A stretch of DNA of 64,000 bases from a bacterium (lineage in GTDB: Bacteria > Oederibacteriota > PGYV01), in contig JAKQNO010000057.1 in NCBI GenBank assembly GCA_029565735.1, forward strand, positions 5,481-69,480, given 5' to 3'. Position 1 is the first letter of the stretch; each line of letters begins with the position of its first letter. The notes below the pieces were generated by a model. It saw only the letters and a program-made list of their open reading frames with translations, was not told where the DNA came from and did no database searches. A program made the translations under genes and the position numbers. Positions 49,326 to 58,253 of this stretch are shown here, in pieces.

Positions 49326-49455
49326 AATATTATAATTTCGCCTATTATCTTGCCTTCGCAATCGGGGCGCGCCCTTTTTACTCAGCACAATTTATTTTCT
49401 TGCCGCGATTCACCGTCAGGCCGGCGCCTTTTGGCTTATCGTTTATTTCATTATC

Positions 49456-49484
49456 AGAATACTACCATTTTGGTAATATGTCAA
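49456..49484 (-). promoter_or_regulatory. sigma70-type promoter for the TM1266-hydG leader
   Basis: TTGACA-17nt-TATTCT. Confidence 0.6.
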
Positions 49485-49498
49485 CAAAATCATTGTAT

Positions 49499-52102
49499 TT
49501 AATTGTAATGAATTATTCTTTTAATCATTTTTTCAAGTTCAACCGCGATAAAAACAACAGATGAAGCCGCAACACAAATGCCAAGTTCTTTCAGCGAAAG
49601 CGGCTGTGTTTTAAACAAATCATTTAAAAACGGAACATATATAGTCAGCATCTGCAGCGCAAACACCAGAATTATAGAGCCCAACAGCAGGATATTAGAA
49701 AATATTCCCTGTTTAAAAACAGATTGTTTTTCCGACCTTATCGCCATAACATGGCCAAGCTGAGTAAGGCATAAAACTGTAAACACCATTGTCTGCCAGT
49801 GCGAGTCACCGATATGTATTGCCCACGCCTGTATCGCAAGCACAACACCGCCCATAAGCACGCCGACCCATATCGCATGGGCGCCAAGGCCGTGGCTGAA
49901 AATATTTTCTTTCGGGCTTCTTGGAGGCCTGTCCATAATGTCTTTTTCTCCCGGTTCTTTTGTAAGGGCAAGCGCCGGCAGGCTGTCAGTCACAAGATTA
50001 ATCCACAGTATATGTATGGGAAGAAGCGGCACCGGAAGTCCCATAAAAGGCGCTAAAAACAGCGTCCATATTTCGCCGGAATTTGTGGTAAGAAGATATT
50101 TAATGAACTTCCTGATATTATCATAAATTATTCTTCCCTGTTTTACCGCGCCTACTATTGTCGCGAAATTATCATCAAGCAGTATCATATGCGCCGCCTG
50201 TTTTGACACATCTGTCCCGGTAATCCCCATCGCAATGCCTATATCCGCTTTTTTCAGCGCGGGCGCGTCGTTAACACCGTCGCCTGTCATTGCCGCATAC
50301 TGCCCCTTTGCCTGAAGCGCCTTGACTATCATCAGTTTCTGTTCCGGCGCAACCCTAGCGTAAACTTTTATGGATTCAACCTTATCCAAAAATTCATCTT
50401 CAGGCAGTTTTTTCAGCACGGCTCCGGTCATAACGCCGTCATCTGCGCCGGCAATTCCAAGTTTAACGGCGATAGCTTTGGCTGTTGACGGATGGTCTCC
50501 GGTTATCATAACCGGCTTAATTCCGGCTTTTAAGGCAATCCTAACCGCTTCAGCCGCTTCCTGCCTTGGCGGGTCAATCATTGCCGCAAGCCCTAAAAAT
50601 ATCAGGTCTTTCTCGGCGTTTTCAGGTGTAATAACTTCCGGCAGCTGATTCCAATACCTGCACGCAAACGCAATTATTCTAAGCCCGTTATCGGCCATTT
50701 CATCATTAACCCTGTCAATTTCCGTTTTATCCGCGTGCGCCGTTTTACCGCCGGCTGACATAAGATCAGAAACAGCAAGTATGGAATCTGACGCCCCTTT
50801 TGTAAAAGATATAAAACCGCCTTCAGGATTTTTATGAAAAGTTGTCATGCATTTTCTGTCAGAATCAAAAGGGATTTCCGCGACTCTGGGATACAATTTT
50901 ACAAGTTCCTCTTTGACAAAACCAAATTCCGCGGCTGATTCATAAAGGGCGTTTTCCGTGGGTTCGCCTTCAGTTTTTCCTTCGGCCTGTTTCCTTGAAT
51001 CATTGCTTAACGCGACAGCCGTCATAAAAACACTGTCCGGCTTATCGGTGCCTTTGGCCTCATAAAAGATACCGCCGCTGTAGTATTTTTCCACCGTCAT
51101 TTTATTAACCGTAAGCGTTCCTGTTTTATCGGAGCAGATATAGGTTACAGAACCCAGAGTTTCAACAGCCGGAAGTTTTCTTATAAGCGCGTTTTTCTCC
51201 GCCATAATCCCGGCTCCAAGCGCAAGGGAAATGGTTATTACCGCGGGCAGGGCTTCCGGTATTGCGGCAACCGCCAGCGAGACCGCGGTTAAAAACATCC
51301 TCATGGGTTCTTCGCCCCTTAAAATACCCGTAACAAATACCACCGCGCAGATGCCAAGCACGGCAATTGATATGTACTTACCAAAAGAAATCATCTTTTT
51401 CTGAAGCGGTGTTTTTTCTTCCTTCTCATCCTGCAGCATGGAGGCTATTTTTCCAAGTTCCGTATTCATCCCTGTGGCGGTTACGACGCCCGTCCCCCTG
51501 CCGTAACTTACCATCGTGCCTTTATATGCCATATTCTTTCTGTCAGCAAGCACGGCATCAGCATCTTCTATTTTTCCAGGATTTTTTTCGCTTGATACCG
51601 ATTCGCCTGTAAGGGCCGCTTCTTCTATTTTAAGCGAAGAAGATGTGATTATCCTCATATCAGCCGGGACAATAGCACCTGTTTCAAGCAATACAATATC
51701 ACCCGGAACAATCATAGATGCCGGAATCTTTGTTTCATGCCCGTCCCGTATAACAAAAGCGGACGGCGACGCCATTTTCTGCAGCGCTTCTATGGCTTTT
51801 TCCGCTTTTTGTTCCTGGGTGAAGCCCATAACCGCGTTTATTATTACAATTACAAGTATGGCTGCGGCATCAACAGGCTCTCCTATTATCCCAGCAATGA
51901 CAGCCGCGGCTATCAGGACCAGTATCATAAAATCTGTAAACTGCTCAAGAAGCATGATAATGGCCGATTTTTTCTTTTTACCTTTAAGTTCATTCGTCCC
52001 GTGTTCAGCGTACCTTAAGGCCGCGTCAGCTTCGGATAATCCGCCGGCGGAAGTTTTAAGTTCTTTAAAAATATCTTCTGTCTCTGCCGTGTGCCAGTTC
52101 AT
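49499..52102 (-). CDS. P-type (P2A-like, Ca2+-type) cation-transporting ATPase
   Basis: TGES, IPEAL, CSDKTGTLT, MITGDH, TGDGVNDAPAL and LWINLVTD. Confidence 0.95.
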   Translation of the reverse strand: MNWHTAETEDIFKELKTSAGGLSEADAALRYAEHGTNELKGKKKKSAIIMLLEQFTDFMILVLIAAAVIAGIIGEPVDAAAILVIVIINAVMGFTQEQKAEKAIEALQKMASPSAFVIRDGHETKIPASMIVPGDIVLLETGAIVPADMRIITSSSLKIEEAALTGESVSSEKNPGKIEDADAVLADRKNMAYKGTMVSYGRGTGVVTATGMNTELGKIASMLQDEKEEKTPLQKKMISFGKYISIAVLGICAVVFVTGILRGEEPMRMFLTAVSLAVAAIPEALPAVITISLALGAGIMAEKNALIRKLPAVETLGSVTYICSDKTGTLTVNKMTVEKYYSGGIFYEAKGTDKPDSVFMTAVALSNDSRKQAEGKTEGEPTENALYESAAEFGFVKEELVKLYPRVAEIPFDSDRKCMTTFHKNPEGGFISFTKGASDSILAVSDLMSAGGKTAHADKTEIDRVNDEMADNGLRIIAFACRYWNQLPEVITPENAEKDLIFLGLAAMIDPPRQEAAEAVRIALKAGIKPVMITGDHPSTAKAIAVKLGIAGADDGVMTGAVLKKLPEDEFLDKVESIKVYARVAPEQKLMIVKALQAKGQYAAMTGDGVNDAPALKKADIGIAMGITGTDVSKQAAHMILLDDNFATIVGAVKQGRIIYDNIRKFIKYLLTTNSGEIWTLFLAPFMGLPVPLLPIHILWINLVTDSLPALALTKEPGEKDIMDRPPRSPKENIFSHGLGAHAIWVGVLMGGVVLAIQAWAIHIGDSHWQTMVFTVLCLTQLGHVMAIRSEKQSVFKQGIFSNILLLGSIILVFALQMLTIYVPFLNDLFKTQPLSLKELGICVAASSVVFIAVELEKMIKRIIHYN

Positions 52103-52203
52103 AAATCACCCCTGAATATTTAAATTGCATAAAATATAATATATTTTTGATTATACAGCCGGGATTAATATTGTCAAACTTTAATGAGATGATTAAATAA
52201 AGA

Positions 52204-52845
52204 TTACAGGTTTTTAACGCTGTTTCGGCCGCTGTTTTTTGCCTCGTACAGCGCGTTATCAGCCCTTACAATAAAACTTTTCACGCTGTCCTCTTTAAGC
52301 AGTTCGGTAACTCCAAAACTGCACGATACTTCCCTGTGAATATTAAGATAATGATTATGAAGCTCTTCACGCGCCGCCTGCGCTATTTTTACCGCCTGCT
52401 GAGCGTCAATTCCCGGCATCAGAATCGTAAATTCATCGCCGCCCCACCTTGCAAACACGGAATTATTCAAAAGGACTTTTTTTATTATGCTGACCGATGT
52501 CACCAGGACAAAATCGCCGTAATCATGGCCGTATTTGTCATTAATCTGTTTAAAATTATCTATGTCAAATATAACCAAAGAAAGCGCTGTGCCGTTTTTT
52601 AACGCTTTTGAAACTTCTGACAGCAGGCTGTCTGTGAATTTTCTGCGGTTGAATATATTGGTAAGCGAATCAGTGACAGACATTACCGTTATTTCACGCA
52701 GCTTTTTTTCAAGGTCGTTTTCAAGGGACGTTGCGTGTTTTACGATGGTTTCATACAGCAGTTTTAATTCTTCGTTTTCTTTCTTTAACACATCAAGCTC
52801 TTCCTGCAGCTCTTCAGTTTTCTTAACCCCGCCGTCATCAGCCAC
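52204..52845 (-). CDS. Diguanylate cyclase with N-terminal coiled coil
   Basis: DSLT, DIDNFKQIND, RWGGDEF and ADNALYEAK; no RxxD I-site. Confidence 0.92.
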   Translation of the reverse strand: MADDGGVKKTEELQEELDVLKKENEELKLLYETIVKHATSLENDLEKKLREITVMSVTDSLTNIFNRRKFTDSLLSEVSKALKNGTALSLVIFDIDNFKQINDKYGHDYGDFVLVTSVSIIKKVLLNNSVFARWGGDEFTILMPGIDAQQAVKIAQAAREELHNHYLNIHREVSCSFGVTELLKEDSVKSFIVRADNALYEAKNSGRNSVKNL

Positions 52846-52860
52846 TTTGTCCCCTTTAGA

Positions 52861-53214
52861 TTACTGCGCGCGCCCGAATTTTACTTCCACTTTATCCCAA
52901 AGCAGTTTCAGATTTGCAAATGACTTTTTCTGCCATAAAATATCGTCATTTCCGGTAACTATGACAGGCATTTTATTCTGTTTTTTCACATCCATTATAA
53001 ACCTGCAAAGCATCGCAATGCCGGAACTGTTAAGAAATTCCACTTCCTTAAAATCAAGGTTTAAAAACGGCAGGTTTAATTCATGCACATCAAGAAGAAA
53101 CTGCTCTATCGCGTTATATTCGCCCATATTTTCAAGGCGCAGGCTGCCGTTAAAATTTACAGTGTTAAGTTTGTCATCAAATACAATGGAATAGTCTTCC
53201 CCTTTTATCTGCAT
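52861..53214 (-). CDS. STAS-like anti-anti-sigma-type protein (slr1659/SiaC-like)
   Basis: FNGSLRL...LDFKEVEFLNSSGI (phospho-acceptor Ser motif), WQKKSFANL. Confidence 0.8.
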   Translation of the reverse strand: MQIKGEDYSIVFDDKLNTVNFNGSLRLENMGEYNAIEQFLLDVHELNLPFLNLDFKEVEFLNSSGIAMLCRFIMDVKKQNKMPVIVTGNDDILWQKKSFANLKLLWDKVEVKFGRAQ

Positions 53215-53762
53215 GTGGTTGCCCCTTCTATCGGCATTGCAGCCTGAACCGATACTTTGTATTTATTAGCTTCCTTCAGGGGCTGGAACATGAAACCCAT
53301 TTTGGGATTAAAAAAGCTTAATACCGTCAATAGCCCGATTCCGGATTTCATCCCGTCATTTTCGCCAAAAGACTGCAGTTTTTCTATATACAGGGAATTC
53401 ACATCCTCACAATTCGTTATTTTATCGGCAAATTTTCTGAAAATCATATATCGCTGCTCATCAATTATATTATCCACCTGAAGAATGGCCGAGTCACCGG
53501 AAAGTGTTATTGTAAGTTCTATGCTTCCCATTTCTTCATCAGAATACTTTGCCGCGTTTTCCAGAAGTTCATTTAATATCATGGAAACCGAATTCATTAC
53601 ATCTTTCTTTTCCGGACACGATGATATCAGATAACTTGCCCCATAATTGGCGGTTAATCCGCACCTTTTCCATATCTTAAGCAGGTCAGCATGCGTCAAT
53701 TTAATCAAAATAACTTTTTTTGTTTCGGGAATCTCCAGATAATCTCCAATTTTCATTTTCAC
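53205..53762 (-). CDS. HATPase-like Ser kinase (slr1658/SiaB-like)
   Basis: N-box NELLENAAKYS and G-box SGIGLLT. Confidence 0.78.
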   Translation of the reverse strand: MKMKIGDYLEIPETKKVILIKLTHADLLKIWKRCGLTANYGASYLISSCPEKKDVMNSVSMILNELLENAAKYSDEEMGSIELTITLSGDSAILQVDNIIDEQRYMIFRKFADKITNCEDVNSLYIEKLQSFGENDGMKSGIGLLTVLSFFNPKMGFMFQPLKEANKYKVSVQAAMPIEGATTCR

Positions 53763-53772
53763 GTACCCCCTT

Positions 53773-55197
53773 TTATCTCTGTTTTATTACCACAAGCGAT
53801 ATATCATCATAAATTTCCGTTTCGCCCATATAGTTATATAAATCCTTCATAAACTTCTCTTTGATTTTATCAGCGCTTAACTGATGATATTTTTTAAGGG
53901 CATCGCATAAATTCGTAATTCCAAACTGCTCTTTTTTGACATTTTCCGCTTCTGTAACCCCGTCAGAATACAATAACATTACATCATCCTTTTCAAGGAT
54001 AAGCTCCATATTTTTATAATTATCCGGCACATCAAGCGTCATACCGACATAAAAACCGTTATCCATGGTGTCTATCACTTCAATGTCGCCGTTTTTTCTG
54101 CAGATGACAACTGATTCGTGCTGTCCGGAAATATAATACCTGTTATTTATATAGGTTATTATAACCATGGTCATGCTGCGGTCTTCTTTTATCCTGCTGA
54201 TATTCGCGTAAAGGATCCTGTTTAACAGTTTCAAGTATGTGTTCGGCTCTTTTACCTTCATTTCCGCCAGCGTCCTTACCGCTGTCTGAGCCATAAGCAT
54301 TATCAGCCCGCTGGAAAGCCCGTGCCCTGTGACGTCGCCTATGCCTATGGTAACTATGCCGTCTATTTTTATAACGTCATAATAGTCTCCGCCCACCTCT
54401 GTGGCGGTCCTCATTATGCACGCTATGTCAAGTTCGTCTATCTGTTTAATCTCTTCAACCGAAGGAAGTACCATTGTCTGTATTTTTTTCGCGATACTTA
54501 CCTCCGCTTTAAGCTTCTGCGTCTCGTCCTTAAGCTGCGTTGCGTACAGTTCCAGCTGCCTGTTGGCATCCGAAATTTCCACAAGCATTTCTTTTTGCTT
54601 TTTCCTGGCATTCAGATTTTCTTTAAAAATTATCCCTATAATCACCGCTGCCATTATGGGGGTGTATGTTGCCGCCATTATATCCAGCACCATAACGGCA
54701 TCGCTGCCGATATTGCTTGTTTTAACCAGCAGTTCATTTACCTGCGGTAAAAAAGTGTAAATAACAAATAATGCCGCCGCTTCGCCGATGCCTATGCAAA
54801 GATGCTTGTTTATATTAAGTTCCAGAAGGGCTGCCATAAGCGGATACAGGATAATAAGATTCACCGCGGCGCTGGTCCATCCGTTTGTTAACAGCATAAC
54901 CCCGAATATATGCACTTCAAACACATACATTGTCATGTTTGAAGCGAATTTCAGCCTGCCTTTGGAATTTATGATAAGACTTGTTGCATACAAAACAGTG
55001 GCCAAGCCCTGTATTATTTTAAGTTCCGCCGAGGATGTAATAAACGTAAATATAAGAGTGACACTGGCAGCGACACCTATAAAAAACAGGTTCAATCCGT
55101 TTACCTGCCGGATTAACCTTACTTTTTGTATATCATCGCCGGGGCGTGCCCCTGTGCTTAGTATTTCAAAAGCCCTGCTTTTTTTTGTGTTCAGCAT
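53773..55197 (-). CDS. Membrane-bound PP2C/SpoIIE Ser phosphatase
   Basis: About 6 N-terminal TM helices, coiled coil, EVGGDYYD, GDVTGHG, YSDGVTEA and DDISL. Confidence 0.9.
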   Translation of the reverse strand: MLNTKKSRAFEILSTGARPGDDIQKVRLIRQVNGLNLFFIGVAASVTLIFTFITSSAELKIIQGLATVLYATSLIINSKGRLKFASNMTMYVFEVHIFGVMLLTNGWTSAAVNLIILYPLMAALLELNINKHLCIGIGEAAALFVIYTFLPQVNELLVKTSNIGSDAVMVLDIMAATYTPIMAAVIIGIIFKENLNARKKQKEMLVEISDANRQLELYATQLKDETQKLKAEVSIAKKIQTMVLPSVEEIKQIDELDIACIMRTATEVGGDYYDVIKIDGIVTIGIGDVTGHGLSSGLIMLMAQTAVRTLAEMKVKEPNTYLKLLNRILYANISRIKEDRSMTMVIITYINNRYYISGQHESVVICRKNGDIEVIDTMDNGFYVGMTLDVPDNYKNMELILEKDDVMLLYSDGVTEAENVKKEQFGITNLCDALKKYHQLSADKIKEKFMKDLYNYMGETEIYDDISLVVIKQR

Positions 55198-55218
55198 TTA
55201 TGCGCCTTTGTTGTGCCG

Positions 55219-56217
55219 TTATTTGGTAATTGCCATAAGATAAGTGGAATTCTGCAGGATTAAATGTTTCACAATTTTAGCATCCGGATACGCCTGCGCA
55301 AGCTGATTATTTAAATTTTCCGCGTCATGTTCCCTGAAAAATCCCGTGTAATCATTCCACAAAAGCGACATTAAAGGGTCTGCACTTAACGCAAGTTTTG
55401 ACTTTTCCAGTATTGTTTCGGTAAAAAACACACCTTTAGAGGCTATTCTTACCATATTTTTCATCAGTTTCAGCCTGTGTTCAACAGGAAAAAAATGAAA
55501 CAGGTTCACCGCTATTACCCAGTCAAAAGACTTATCCGCGAACTCGCCAATATCATCAACCGCGTCGCCCACGACCATTTTCAGCCTTTCGCCAAGCCCT
55601 TTTTCGCGGTTTTCTTTTCTGCCCCATTCAATAGCGAATAAATTCGGGTCAAGGCCTGTTATCTTTAAACCCGGCATATTTTTCAATATTGTCCTGGCGA
55701 ATGCGCCTATGCCGCATCCCACATCCAGAAGCGTGTCATCGCCCCCCATATTATACTGTTTAAAATATTCCATAAGTTCCGCGGACAGGTTATCGCTGAC
55801 GCTTGGCTGATAATTTCTTGTAATTTTTCCCTCTGTCAGTTTATCAAGGCTGCTGCCCTTTTTAAAATTATGCTGCGCTTCCACTGCAGAGCGCATAAAA
55901 TAATCATTAAGGCGGGTGAATCCGACAATATCCTTATAAGGGGAATCCGGCATAAAAACATGGCATTTGGGCGACAGGATATAGCCTCCGTCAATCTGAT
56001 TTACAAGACCGACGCCGGCGCAGTAATAAAACCATTTATCAAGCTTATTCCTGTCGTAATTTAATTTTTCCGCCAGAAAATCAATTGAAACCGGGGTGTT
56101 GTAATTCATGGATGAGAAAATTCCCGCGTTCAGGCCTGCCGTAATCAGAGAACCTTTCCAGGATTCGCTTAAGGTTGTCACCATTTCATCAAGATGTTCT
56201 TTTGACACGTGCTCCAT
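55219..56217 (-). CDS. Class I SAM-dependent methyltransferase with N-terminal dimerisation/winged-helix-like region
   Basis: LLDVGCGIG, ITGLD and FDWVIAVNLFHFF; start set at MEHVSK. Confidence 0.82.
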   Translation of the reverse strand: MEHVSKEHLDEMVTTLSESWKGSLITAGLNAGIFSSMNYNTPVSIDFLAEKLNYDRNKLDKWFYYCAGVGLVNQIDGGYILSPKCHVFMPDSPYKDIVGFTRLNDYFMRSAVEAQHNFKKGSSLDKLTEGKITRNYQPSVSDNLSAELMEYFKQYNMGGDDTLLDVGCGIGAFARTILKNMPGLKITGLDPNLFAIEWGRKENREKGLGERLKMVVGDAVDDIGEFADKSFDWVIAVNLFHFFPVEHRLKLMKNMVRIASKGVFFTETILEKSKLALSADPLMSLLWNDYTGFFREHDAENLNNQLAQAYPDAKIVKHLILQNSTYLMAITK

Positions 56218-56333
56218 AAATACCCCCTTTAATCTGAACATTTTAGGAGTTTTAGCGGAAGTGTTTTAGAATTTTTCCCCTTGAAGAAAAGATACAGTAT
56301 AAAAAGTAAAAAGTCAAATTTCTGACAAAATAA

Positions 56334-56627
56334 TTATTTTCCGATATTTGTTTTCAAAAGCTCAAAATCTTCCTGCTGATATTTCTTTATGGAAAATTTC
56401 AGGCTTTTTCCTCCCGTGATTTCAAACACAACCTCGCCGTCATACAGAGTTCCGGCCGGTTTAATTTTAATTTCTATGATTTCTTTAAACAAAACCTTTG
56501 CCAGTATTTTGGAATCAATATCCCTGGTTCTTATTATTACAGCGCCGTTTATTACTTCAAATTCTTCATTTATGCTTCTTACCTTTGGCTTTTTTTCTTC
56601 TTCATTTTTTCCAGGATTAATATCCAT
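56334..56627 (-). CDS. Hypothetical protein (possibly PH-like beta fold)
   Basis: 97-aa ORF with AGGAG RBS. Confidence 0.55.
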   Translation of the reverse strand: MDINPGKNEEEKKPKVRSINEEFEVINGAVIIRTRDIDSKILAKVLFKEIIEIKIKPAGTLYDGEVVFEITGGKSLKFSIKKYQQEDFELLKTNIGK

Positions 56628-56645
56628 ATTGTTCTCCTTTTTTAG

Positions 56646-58115
56646 TTAAAGCATAAACCTTGTTCCAAGCAGCTGCCTGTTGTTGTCTCTCCACTTTTCA
56701 ACGACAGCAGAATAAATGTTTTCCATATTATTTTTATCATCGGTTAAGACAACGCCGCCGGATATTGGTTTTGCCTTATTTTCAGGGTAAAAATCACTGT
56801 CAGACGCGTAAAAAACATAATTCGCGAAGCCTCCTTCGGCTTTAAAATCAAATTTTACATTTCTATACACAGATTTTAACGTGGAATAAACCGCGGCAAC
56901 AGCTTCGCTGTGAACTTTTTCCGCCGACGGAGCTTCAGCCACCATATTCATTGACAGGATTCCGCCTTCATTTAAGATTGCTTTTGTCTCCTGAAAAGCC
57001 TCTTTTGTAGCCATATATGGGCAGATGGAATAGCCTTTAAATACATCAAAAAATACCAGGTCATATTTTTTCCCGCATTTTCTTATATACCTTCTTCCGT
57101 CTTCAATGATGAATTTCACCTTATTGCCGAAGAATTTGCCGGCAATATAGGCAATATCTCTATCGATTTCAATGTTGTCAGTTGTAATACCCCTGTTTTC
57201 AAGCCTTACTGTAAGGGCTCCGGCTCCGGCTCCCACTATCAGCGCCGTATTTTTATCACTGCCGAAATCCGCGGCTTTTTCCAGGTATCCTATGTATCCG
57301 GCGGCAGGTTCATCTTTAATAAGGTCGTAATACATCTGTATGGTGCCGTCCACCATCAGAATACGCGTGTTTGCCTTTGTGTCAAAAACAAGAATCTTCC
57401 CAAAGTGGTTTTCTTTTTCAAAAAGGACTTTTATATTTCTTCCGTAATAATTCCCTGTAACAATGAAACTTATCAGTAATACAGCGCACATAAGGCAAAA
57501 AAGCATTACGGAATTTTTAACACCCTGTTTAAGGTTTATTACGCCTGCCAGTCCGGTTAACGCGGGCAGCAGCGCGCAGATCATAAATACCGTTTTTATG
57601 CCCATCTGAGGTATAAGCCAGTAACCGGCTAAAATAGCGCCGATAAAACTTCCGGCAGTTGATACGGCAAAAATAAAACCCGCTGACTTCCCCGCCCCAA
57701 GTTCAGATGAAGCATATTTTACCGAAAGCGGCGATACCGCGCCGAAAAAAAACAGACATGGGGCAAACAGCGCCGCCGAAGCAAAAATAACACCGGCTTT
57801 TGCGCCCATTAAATCCGAAAATTGCAGTACAGGATTTTTATATACAATCATTAATGCGGTAAGAAAAGCCGCCAATAAAGTTACGCCATAGACCGCAGTG
57901 TAATTTCTTGCTTTTTCCGAATAAAAACCGCCGGCATAGTATCCGGCGGCAAGGGAAAGCAGCGTTATTCCTATTAAAGCAGACCATGTAAACACCGTTG
58001 TTCCAAAAAAAGGCGCCATAATCCTTGTTCCGGCTATTTCAATGATAAGCGTTGCCGCGCCTGCCGCAAATGAATTGATATATAAAAACAACTTCCCGTC
58101 ACGGCTTTGTGTCAT
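56646..58115 (-). CDS. Fused membrane domain / spermidine synthase-like methyltransferase
   Basis: About 7 TM segments (EIAGTRIMAPFFGT...STAGSFIG), then IVGAGAG, IEID, EDGRRYI and YDLVFFDVF. Confidence 0.85.
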   Translation of the reverse strand: MTQSRDGKLFLYINSFAAGAATLIIEIAGTRIMAPFFGTTVFTWSALIGITLLSLAAGYYAGGFYSEKARNYTAVYGVTLLAAFLTALMIVYKNPVLQFSDLMGAKAGVIFASAALFAPCLFFFGAVSPLSVKYASSELGAGKSAGFIFAVSTAGSFIGAILAGYWLIPQMGIKTVFMICALLPALTGLAGVINLKQGVKNSVMLFCLMCAVLLISFIVTGNYYGRNIKVLFEKENHFGKILVFDTKANTRILMVDGTIQMYYDLIKDEPAAGYIGYLEKAADFGSDKNTALIVGAGAGALTVRLENRGITTDNIEIDRDIAYIAGKFFGNKVKFIIEDGRRYIRKCGKKYDLVFFDVFKGYSICPYMATKEAFQETKAILNEGGILSMNMVAEAPSAEKVHSEAVAAVYSTLKSVYRNVKFDFKAEGGFANYVFYASDSDFYPENKAKPISGGVVLTDDKNNMENIYSAVVEKWRDNNRQLLGTRFML

Positions 58116-58201
58116 TATTCCCTCCGTAATACCCTTTTTTTGCGTCTAAAAGGCTTTTTAAGCGGTTTTTCCGTCAATAACGCCCATGTTTATGCGCCAT
58201 T

Positions 58202-58237
58202 AAAAAAAAAGGCGGAGCCGTACGGCTCCGCCTTTTT
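58202..58237 (-). terminator. Intrinsic terminator after ppdK
   Basis: AAAAAGGCGGAGCCG-TA-CGGCTCCGCCTTTTT. Confidence 0.88.
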
Positions 58238-58253
58238 GCTTTACATTATTGTC

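Noticed and set aside
49330-49445. c-di-AMP or cobalamin riboswitch
   Set aside because: Only fragments match (GGTGAATC, GAAGGCAA); the conserved core segments are missing. Kept as an unassigned attenuator.
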